Shown here piece by piece: positions 53,676 through 61,202 of a stretch of DNA of 64,000 nucleotides. Position numbers and translations under genes: made by a program. The notes under the pieces are model-generated. The model had not been told where the DNA came from, did not search any database, and saw nothing but the letters and a program-made list of their open reading frames with translations. Origin of the DNA: Actinomycetota bacterium (GTDB lineage Bacteria > Actinomycetota > Acidimicrobiia > Acidimicrobiales > Poriferisodalaceae); assembly GCA_014238065.1 (NCBI GenBank), contig JABABU010000009.1:25581-89580 (forward strand), written 5' to 3'. Numbering within the stretch: the first letter of the stretch is position 1; each line of letters opens with the position of its first letter.

Positions 53676-54943
53676 AGGTCCTTGCGGAGGTCGGCTGCTC
53701 GAGCATGGCCTTCCATACCCTCGAGCCTCGAGATCCTGGCTGCTATCGGCGCTTGGACGGAGGCAGCCTCCCGCGTCATCTGCTGCCAGGTGAGCTGCTT
53801 GAGGAACTTCGACACGTTCAGGCCGCCGGTGTAGCGAGCTGCGCCACCCGTCGGGAGTGTGTGGTTCGGTCCGGCGGACTTGTCGCCGAAGGTCACCGTG
53901 GTCTCCTCACCCAGAAAGAGCGACCCATAGTTCCGGAGCCGTTGCTTCCACCATTCGAGGTCGCTGGCCATCACCTGAAGGTGCTCTGGCGCGTATTCGT
54001 CACACACGTCGGCCGCTTCTTCGCGGTCGTCGGTGACGATGATCTCGCCATGGTCCCGCCACGCATCGGTGGCCCAAGCGCGAGCAGGTTTCGGGAGAGC
54101 GTGTGCGTAGCGAGGAGCGAGACGAAGAACCTCAGCGGCGAGCCTCGGCGATGTCGTCACGAGCCAGACCGGCGAGTCAGGGCCGTGCTCCGCCTGACTC
54201 ACGAGATCGGTCGCCACGATGTGTGCTTCAGCGCTGTCATCGGCCACGATCATCGATTCGGTGGGTCCAGCGATCACATCGATGCCCACTCGGCCGAAGA
54301 GTTGGCGTTTCGCCTCAGCCACCAGAGCGCTACCAGGGCCGACGATCACGTCGGCCGGATCGTCGGTGAAGAGGCCGAAGGCGAGGGAACCGATTGCCTG
54401 AACACCGCCGAGGCCAAGTACCACATCGGCGCCAGCGAGGTCGGCAGCAAACAGGATCGCGGGATGGACACCGCCACGGTCGGCCGTGGCCGGTGACGCA
54501 ACGACAACTCTCTCGACCCCGGCCACCGAACTGGTGGTGACGCTCATGAGCGCTGAGGCCACATGCGCGAATCGCCCTGCGGGGACGTAACAGCCGGCGG
54601 TGGCCACAGGAACGACTCGCTGACCTGCGATGAGGCCCGGAGCGATCTCGACCTCGAACTCTCGAAGCGAATCGCGCTGCGCCTGAGCGAAGTCACGGAT
54701 GTGGCGGTGCGCCGTGCGGATGTCGTCGACCACGGTGTTCGGAAGCTCGCGTATTGCGGCCGCGATGGTCTCACGATCGACCGCGATCGGGCCGTGCCAT
54801 CCGTCGTACTCAGCGGCCAACGTTCGGACATGTGCCTCTCCACCCGCCTCGATGTCGCTGAGCAAACCGGCGACACGCGCCGTCACATCAGCCGCCGAGC
54901 TGGCGTCAGGCCGCGACGCGACCTTCATGTGGGTTCGTGACAT
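53672..54943 (-). CDS. Histidinol-dehydrogenase-family (HisD-like) NAD-dependent dehydrogenase
   Basis: 423 aa. YVPAGRFAHVASALM, IAGPTESMIVAD, VSQAEHGPDS and HLQV motifs, typical of the HisD family. No other his genes are nearby. Confidence 0.88.
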   Translation of the reverse strand: MSRTHMKVASRPDASSAADVTARVAGLLSDIEAGGEAHVRTLAAEYDGWHGPIAVDRETIAAAIRELPNTVVDDIRTAHRHIRDFAQAQRDSLREFEVEIAPGLIAGQRVVPVATAGCYVPAGRFAHVASALMSVTTSSVAGVERVVVASPATADRGGVHPAILFAADLAGADVVLGLGGVQAIGSLAFGLFTDDPADVIVGPGSALVAEAKRQLFGRVGIDVIAGPTESMIVADDSAEAHIVATDLVSQAEHGPDSPVWLVTTSPRLAAEVLRLAPRYAHALPKPARAWATDAWRDHGEIIVTDDREEAADVCDEYAPEHLQVMASDLEWWKQRLRNYGSLFLGEETTVTFGDKSAGPNHTLPTGGAARYTGGLNVSKFLKQLTWQQMTREAASVQAPIAARISRLEGMEGHARAADLRKDL

Positions 54944-54965
54944 TAGATTCGTCGCCGTGTCATTG

Positions 54966-54985
54966 GTATGGTCAAATCACCATAC
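54966..54985. promoter_or_regulatory. Inverted repeat GTATGGT-CAAATC-ACCATAC upstream of the HisD-like operon
   Basis: 7-bp perfect arms in an AT-richer 188-bp gap, 23-42 bp upstream of the ATG at 54943. Confidence 0.3.
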
Positions 54986-55131
54986 ATTCACACTACTGAC
55001 CATTCCAGTGTCGTCGTCCGATCAGGCACCGCGGCTCCATCGACCTCAGCCATCGGTGCAGACATGGCTCGACCCTGCAGCCTCCTCCCCCGAGCGGTCC
55101 GTGCCGGGCCTCGTCTTCGGAGACACGATCT

Positions 55132-55983
55132 CTACGACGAAGCCTCCCACAGCCTCGGCAGCAGATCCGTGCCGGGTCGATCGCCTGGCTGAAGTCCGTA
55201 CTCGGTCATGATCCGACTGAAGTCGGGGTCCATGCCCTCGCTCCGGAAGGCGATGCGAACGTCATCGCCGAGCCACTTCGACGTGAACACACGAAGAGGT
55301 GTGTCGTCGGGCAGTTTGCCGGACCCGCCGTGCATGATCCTGCTGTTGAACACCACACAGTCTCCAGGCTCCATGTCCCAGCTCATGACCCCGAACCCTG
55401 CCGGGTCGGACGCTACGTCCGGAACGGCAGCATCAGCGGTCGCAGAGAAGTCAGACCGGTCGATTTCGCTCTTTGCGTCGGGGTTGAGTCGGCCGAAGTC
55501 GTAGTGGTCATAGGCACGATCCCACCGGTGCGAACCGGGTACGAACCCAAGCGCGTTCTCGGCCCTGACCGAGACGAGCGGCATCCAGATGGTGCACGTG
55601 TCGAAACCATGGACTGACCAGTACGGCTCGTCCTGATGCCACGGCGTGGCGAACTGACTTCCCGGAGACCGAACGAAGACTGCGTCGAAGAAGTAGTTGA
55701 CGCCGCTTGATTCCATCACCGTGCCGGCGATCTCGGCGGCCGGCGACTCTCGGACGAATCGCTCGTACTCTGCAATGCGTTTCCACGCCATGCTGTCCCA
55801 CAGCATCGTGCGATCGAATTCGTCGCGGTCCCACACCCTGGCGCGACTCGTCGGTTCCTCGAGATGACGGGTGAGACCATGATCAAGCTGCGCCACCCAC
55901 TGAGAATCGAACATCGACCGCAGGCAGACCACACCATCTCGTCGATATGTGTCGATCTGATCAGCAGTAATCATCTCAGCCAC
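55132..55983 (-). CDS. Phytanoyl-CoA dioxygenase (PhyH) family Fe(II)/2OG oxygenase
   Basis: ITADQIDTYRRDGVVCLRSMF N-terminus, H-x-D in TPWHQDEPYW, and distal IMHGGSG. Confidence 0.88.
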   Translation of the reverse strand: MAEMITADQIDTYRRDGVVCLRSMFDSQWVAQLDHGLTRHLEEPTSRARVWDRDEFDRTMLWDSMAWKRIAEYERFVRESPAAEIAGTVMESSGVNYFFDAVFVRSPGSQFATPWHQDEPYWSVHGFDTCTIWMPLVSVRAENALGFVPGSHRWDRAYDHYDFGRLNPDAKSEIDRSDFSATADAAVPDVASDPAGFGVMSWDMEPGDCVVFNSRIMHGGSGKLPDDTPLRVFTSKWLGDDVRIAFRSEGMDPDFSRIMTEYGLQPGDRPGTDLLPRLWEASS

Positions 55984-56054
55984 TCAACACCTTCGTCTGG
56001 AAGTTCGTCCAGGCGAAGGCGAACTCCCTCCTGGCTCCACCCGAGGCACAAGAC

Positions 56055-57344
56055 CTACTGCTGCTGACCGGGAGGAAACGACATCGGCATGACGCGTGGA
56101 CCGCGGACCTGGCCGCCGGCCCACTTCATCGGCTCTCTGTCGCTCACCTCGAACTCCGGAATTCGCTCGAGCCACACCCGGATGGCCGTGTTCATCTCGA
56201 GCCGAGCGAGGTTCGATCCGGCACAGCGGTGAATGCCGGATCCGAAGGCGACGTGGCGATTCCTGGCCCGATCGATGATGAATTCATCGGGATTCTCGAA
56301 GTGCTCGGGATCGTGGCACGCAGCGGGGAAGTTCATCAGGATCTTGTCGCCGCGCTTGATGTGCGCACCTTTGAAGTCGATGTCGGTCTCCGCGATGCGC
56401 GCCATCGTCACCGGGGCGTAATAGCGAAGGAACTCCTCGGTGGCGATGGGCAAGAGTTCGGGCTCTTCCAGAAGTCGCCGGCGATCATCGGGGTAGGTAC
56501 CGAGATGCCACAGCGCGGAACCGATCGAGCTCCACGTGGTGTCGATGCCGGCGACGATCAACAGGTTCGTGATACCGACTACCACCTCAGGGGTGACATT
56601 CGCCTCCGGGTCGTCGACCTCCATGAACAACAGCTCGGTGAGAAGGTCCTCCTGAGGATCCTGGAGGCGTAGCTCGACCTCCTTGCCGATGAATTCGAGC
56701 AGCTCATCGCGCGCCCTCAAGCGCTTCTCCGGCTCGTGAAGGCCCTCACCGAGCACCCAGTTCACCCACTCGACGAACTGCTCGGCCATGCCTGGGTCGA
56801 CACCGATCAGGTGGGCAATGACCCGCGGAGGGATCTGCTGGGAGTAGTCGACGGCCCCGTCACACCGACCGGCCCCGATGAACCCGTCGATCAACTCGTG
56901 ACACAGCCCCTCGGTGTAGTCCTGATACTGCGTGACGGCGCGCGGCGCGAAAGCCGGCAACAGCATCCGTCGCGTCCATCCGTGCATGGGAGGGTCGGCA
57001 GTGATGGGCGCCGCTGCGATCTGCTGTTCGTAGCGCGACAGCTCAGGAGCATTCGGCGCCGGTGGCATAACGAGGACTTGCCGAGAGCTCAGCTCCGGGA
57101 TCATCTTTGCCATCTCCCTGACATCGTCGAAACGAGTCGGGTTCCACGAGCCACCGAGCCGGTCGGTGTGGGCGACGGGACACTTGTCGCGCATCTCGGC
57201 CCAGATCGGTACGGGGTCCTCGATGTAGCCCTCATCGCGAATGTCGTAGTCGGTCGTCCAGTCCTCGACCGGGCCACCCTGTTCCCAGATGTCGGGGCTG
57301 GTCGCCAGGTCCATCTTCTCGTGCATGTCGTGCGTCTCGGCCAT
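56055..57344 (-). CDS. Cytochrome P450 (family not assigned)
   Basis: Heme loop FGSGIHRCAGSNLA, I-helix LLIVAGIDTTWSS, and the EEFLRY ExxR motif. Confidence 0.92.
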   Translation of the reverse strand: MAETHDMHEKMDLATSPDIWEQGGPVEDWTTDYDIRDEGYIEDPVPIWAEMRDKCPVAHTDRLGGSWNPTRFDDVREMAKMIPELSSRQVLVMPPAPNAPELSRYEQQIAAAPITADPPMHGWTRRMLLPAFAPRAVTQYQDYTEGLCHELIDGFIGAGRCDGAVDYSQQIPPRVIAHLIGVDPGMAEQFVEWVNWVLGEGLHEPEKRLRARDELLEFIGKEVELRLQDPQEDLLTELLFMEVDDPEANVTPEVVVGITNLLIVAGIDTTWSSIGSALWHLGTYPDDRRRLLEEPELLPIATEEFLRYYAPVTMARIAETDIDFKGAHIKRGDKILMNFPAACHDPEHFENPDEFIIDRARNRHVAFGSGIHRCAGSNLARLEMNTAIRVWLERIPEFEVSDREPMKWAGGQVRGPRVMPMSFPPGQQQ

Positions 57345-57671
57345 CGTGCCCCTTCCTCTTTCGTTCCCTCGAAGCAGGGTAGAGCCTGACCGAAGAGCTC
57401 GTTGAGTGCTGCCACTTCCTCCCAGCGCAGGATGTCATCGGCGCAAAGCCTGCGGTCGGCGCCAGGCGTTTCCAGTTCAGTGCCCATCCATAGAACACTC
57501 TTCCGGGAAGACAGCAAAACTCAGCTATCCGCTCAGCCGTCGAGGGCCTCAAGTGTGCTTGTTCCAGTTCCCTGACAGCATGGGTCCGATAGGCCCCGCT
57601 TGCCCACCAGGACCCCATCCAACGGGGCTCGAACAACCGGGTCGTCACCCATCCAACGAGGAGCGAGCGAC

Positions 57672-58340
57672 ATGTCAAAGCCCATTGTCCTGATTCACGG
57701 AGCATGGCACGGTGCCTGGGCTTTCGACCGAGTCGTCGAGCTGCTCAGGACCAGAGACTTCGCCGTCCACACGATCGATCTGCCACTCGACGGTGTACGG
57801 AATGACATCGCTGCCGCACGGGCGCTGATCGAACAACATCCTGGTGCAGTGGTCCTCGGCCACTCCTATGGCGGGTTGGTGATCACCCACGCAGCCATCG
57901 GGCTGCCGGTCTCACATCTGGTGTATCTGGCGGCGATGATGCCGGACTCGGAAGAAGACGTGACCGCTTCAGCGGCAACGGCTCGACAATCGCTGCTGCA
58001 AAGTGCATTCAGGCCACAGCCGGACGGCCGGATCGCTGTCGATCCCGAGCTCAGCGTCGAGGTGTTCTACCACGACTGCGACCCGGAAGACGCTAGAGGT
58101 GCAGCAGCCCAACTGCGACCGATGTTGATGGACGGGTTCCCGGTACTTCATGGGGAGCCGGCATGGAGGACGATTCCCAGCACCTACATCGTGTGCAACA
58201 ACGACAAAGCGCTCCACCCGAGGGCCCAACGAGTCTTCGCTAACAGAGCTTCACACCAGGTCGATTGGGAGGTCGCTCACTCGCCGTTCGTCAACCGGCC
58301 CGAAATGGCTGTCGAGATCCTTGCCGGACTGGCGAACTGA
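57672..58340 (+). CDS. Alpha/beta hydrolase (esterase-type, AB_hydrolase_6-like)
   Basis: GAGGAG RBS before ATG 57672. IVLIHGAWHGAWAF N-terminus and nucleophile elbow GHSYGG. Confidence 0.85.
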   Translation: MSKPIVLIHGAWHGAWAFDRVVELLRTRDFAVHTIDLPLDGVRNDIAAARALIEQHPGAVVLGHSYGGLVITHAAIGLPVSHLVYLAAMMPDSEEDVTASAATARQSLLQSAFRPQPDGRIAVDPELSVEVFYHDCDPEDARGAAAQLRPMLMDGFPVLHGEPAWRTIPSTYIVCNNDKALHPRAQRVFANRASHQVDWEVAHSPFVNRPEMAVEILAGLAN

Positions 58341-58543
58341 TCGCGACGATCGGTTCCATGTCCACCTCGGGCGTGACCAGGTGATCCGCCAAACAACGGT
58401 TCTCAGTGAATGTCGATATCCGGAGATGCCTCGCGAATGGATCGCTGGCGTGCGTCGCTCTGGGAAATATTTTCGTGGTTTCTGTTAGGTCTTGACGACC
58501 TCGGTGCTCCTACACGTGACCAAGTCACCAAGGAGACCGAAAA

Positions 58544-59284
58544 GTGAACAACCACAGCAGCAACCTGAACCGAAGCGTTCTGGTCCTGAGTGGAATCGTC
58601 GGCGGCCTCGCCGTCGCTACGACACTCGTTTCCTGTGCCGGAGACACAGTCGGCACAGTCACCGAACCGGCACCCACCACTGACCAGACCGACCAGTTCC
58701 AGATCCGACAGAACACGGCCACCCCAGAACAGCCACCGGCAACAGTGGTCGTCTACGACAATGGCACCGGCAACAGCGAACCAGAGAACACCGACAACGC
58801 CCAGAACCCACCAATCGTCGAAACCGAAGACACTGACGAAGCCCCTGTCGTCGAGGTCCCGGCCGACGACGGCGACACCGTCGACGGGTCCGGTGACCCC
58901 GTCGACGATGGTGAACCCGGTGGGGTTGAGGTTGGAACTGTTGTTGAGTTCCCGACCGATGATGACGATGAGGCCCCCGTTTTTGTCGAAGTCCCGACCG
59001 ACGACGACGGTCCCGTGGTCGTAGTCCCCGAGTGGCTGGACGTGATCGAGAAGCACAAGTCCTGGGAACTGATCGACATCTGCGACAAGTACCCGCAGCT
59101 GTGCGAAGACGAAGAGATTCTCGTCGAGCTTCCGGAGTCTTGCGATCCCGACGAGGGAACCTGCCCGGGCTGGGTCATCGACGACCTCATCGAAACGTTC
59201 GAAAGCTTCAACTTCGGACACAGCCCCATCGAAAAAGTCGGAACCCAACCTCTCATCACCAAGTGGACACCCACCGGCCCCTAG
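58544..59284 (+). CDS. Highly acidic Pro/Asp/Glu/Val-rich lipoprotein
   Basis: AAGGAG RBS before GTG 58544. Lipobox LVSCAG. Repeated EAPV[VF]VEVP[AT]DD segments. The long antisense ORF 58403-59374 looks like an artefact. Confidence 0.6.
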   Translation: MNNHSSNLNRSVLVLSGIVGGLAVATTLVSCAGDTVGTVTEPAPTTDQTDQFQIRQNTATPEQPPATVVVYDNGTGNSEPENTDNAQNPPIVETEDTDEAPVVEVPADDGDTVDGSGDPVDDGEPGGVEVGTVVEFPTDDDDEAPVFVEVPTDDDGPVVVVPEWLDVIEKHKSWELIDICDKYPQLCEDEEILVELPESCDPDEGTCPGWVIDDLIETFESFNFGHSPIEKVGTQPLITKWTPTGP

Positions 59285-59446
59285 CCCACACACGCCCCAC
59301 AAACAGCCAGAGCCCCTTGCCCGGAACCGTCTCCACCCGAGCAAGGGGCTCGAACTCCCACCGAGTTGACGCAATGAGCAAGATCATGGACCGCACGACT
59401 AAACCCGACCATCGGAAGCTACTGTGAAATCGAGGCTCCTAATTCC

Positions 59447-60982
59447 ATGCAGACTGACCGCCAACTCGCAGAAAGCCTCGCCGAAGGCAGCAATGCGGCT
59501 CTCGGCGAGGTCTTCGTTCGATACGGAGATCGGCTTCACGACTACTGCCGTTCAGTCGTTCGCTCACCACACGATGCCGCCGATGCGGTTCAAGAAACAT
59601 TTCTGCTCGCCGCCGAACGTATCGGCCAACTCCGTGACCCGGCGAAGCTCCGCCCTTGGCTCTACGCCATTGCGCGCAATGAATGCCTGCGTCGTGTGAG
59701 AAACCAACCCGTCGCCGTCGATGATCTTTCCGGAGTCGCCGAAGAAAGCGACCTCGGCGCGAGCGCGCATCAGCAAGAGTTGTCGTCACTCATCAGTGAC
59801 GCTGCCGCGGGCCTCGATCCTCGAGACCGAGCCGTTCTCGACCTACAACTACGGCACGACCTTGAAGGCCAAGAACTCGCCGACGCCCTCGGGGTGAAAC
59901 TCTCCCACTCCTACGTCCTCGTCGGAAGGGTGAGGGAGCGAGTTGAACGCAGCCTGGTCGCCCTTCTGGTCGCTCGACGCGGACGGCGCGAATGCAACGA
60001 ACTGGAGGCCGTGCTCGGTAACTGGGATGGGACTCTCTCCCCACGTCTCCGCAAGCGAGTTGCCCGGCACATCGACGACTGCGACATTTGCGAGAGAACT
60101 CGAGCCAAGGCCGCCAGCCCGCTCGCTCTGCTTGCCGCACTGCCAATCATCCCAGCTCCGCGAGAACTGCACGCGCAACTTGCTAGCTACGGCAGCGGTC
60201 GACAATTGAGCTCTTCAAGAGCAGCATCTGAGGCCTTGCGACTCGATCGCCGAGGTTTCCCGCGAGTGACTCGCGGATGGTTTTTCTGGGCGCGAGGAGT
60301 TGTTGCTTCCGTCGCAGCAGCAGCCGTTGTCGCTGCGACGGCTGTAGGCCTGCTATCCGCTACAGATTCCCCATCGATCACCGCACCAAGCGCCCTCGAA
60401 CGCACGACCTCCAGCACAGCAACCTCGGGTGTGCCGACAACAACTTCTTCGGTGGTGGAACCTGATCCCGAACCGGCATCGACGTTGCCCGATGAGCCCT
60501 CCACCACCGTGACTTCTGCTGATCCGCCGTTTGACGCATCGACCGAGGCTGAACCGGAAGTACCGACGACGCCTCCACAAACAGCTGACAACGAGCAGAC
60601 CGAACCAGAGCCGGAACCAGAACCAGAACCGGACACCGTGAGTCCCGAGTTACAGGACCCAAGATTGTCGTCTGCCACTGTCGTGGAAAACGCAGGTAGA
60701 GGGTGCCAACCTGCGACCGCGACACTCTGGGTCTTCGCCACCGACGATGACACAGGCGTCGAGGAGGTGTTGGCATTCGTCAGCGCCGGCACATATGAGT
60801 CAGCCATCCAACTCGAACCGGCGAAGGCCGAAGACGACGCCCGGTACATCGGCACAATCGGTCCATTCCCGACCGGCATCGTTGTACGCGGGAGCGCTGG
60901 CATCATCATCGAGATAACAGCCTTTGATTACGCCCGAAATGAAACCAGCACCCGACTGGTGGCCAAATTGGTGCCTTGCTGA
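59447..60982 (+). CDS. ECF sigma factor fused to a ZAS-type anti-sigma domain, a TM helix and an extracytoplasmic C-terminal domain
   Basis: Sigma-2/sigma-4 regions (DAADAVQETFLLAAE; GQELADALGVKLSHSYVLVGRVRERV). C-x24-H-x3-C-x2-C (Cys 59993-59995; HIDDCDIC 60068-60091). TM segment WFFWARGVVASVAAAAVVAATAVGLL. S/T/P/E-rich spacer with (EP)n, then a ~110-aa C-terminal domain. Confidence 0.85.
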   Translation: MQTDRQLAESLAEGSNAALGEVFVRYGDRLHDYCRSVVRSPHDAADAVQETFLLAAERIGQLRDPAKLRPWLYAIARNECLRRVRNQPVAVDDLSGVAEESDLGASAHQQELSSLISDAAAGLDPRDRAVLDLQLRHDLEGQELADALGVKLSHSYVLVGRVRERVERSLVALLVARRGRRECNELEAVLGNWDGTLSPRLRKRVARHIDDCDICERTRAKAASPLALLAALPIIPAPRELHAQLASYGSGRQLSSSRAASEALRLDRRGFPRVTRGWFFWARGVVASVAAAAVVAATAVGLLSATDSPSITAPSALERTTSSTATSGVPTTTSSVVEPDPEPASTLPDEPSTTVTSADPPFDASTEAEPEVPTTPPQTADNEQTEPEPEPEPEPDTVSPELQDPRLSSATVVENAGRGCQPATATLWVFATDDDTGVEEVLAFVSAGTYESAIQLEPAKAEDDARYIGTIGPFPTGIVVRGSAGIIIEITAFDYARNETSTRLVAKLVPC

Positions 60983-61173
60983 CCTGCACGTCCCGGCCCA
61001 GGCTGAGACAGACCTGAACAATGGAGACTCAGCGGCCCAGATCTTCGGGCTGGAGTTGCAACGCTGAAGCTTGTGTCGGAGCAGACTTCTCTCCGTAGAT
61101 CAGTCTGATTTGGCTCCGAGGCGTCTCGATGACGCACGGACGAAGTCCGTCTTTCCATCGACAGCTGACCCCG

Positions 61174-61193
61174 GTGCCGGCCGCCACCGGCAC
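61174..61193 (-). terminator. Weak candidate hairpin just downstream of the PQQ-dehydrogenase-like gene
   Basis: GTGCCGG-CCGCCA-CCGGCAC (7-bp arms), about 10 nt past the stop at 61203. No U-tract. Confidence 0.2.
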
Positions 61194-61202
61194 ATCATGG
61201 GG

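Noticed and set aside
57345-57671. Small HTH-type ORF in the P450/hydrolase divergent region (part of ORF 57232-57705; ...LRPSTAERIAEFCCLPGRVFYGW resembles an excisionase-type HTH)
   Set aside because: Any version of the ORF overlaps the P450 start by more than 100 nt or needs a frameshift. The similarity is weak and rests on about 20 residues only.
58403-59374. 323-aa minus-strand ORF opposite the acidic lipoprotein gene
   Set aside because: It has no RBS or signal features. The plus frame has an AAGGAG RBS, a lipobox and a consistent repeat structure. Confidence in the plus-strand call is still only moderate.
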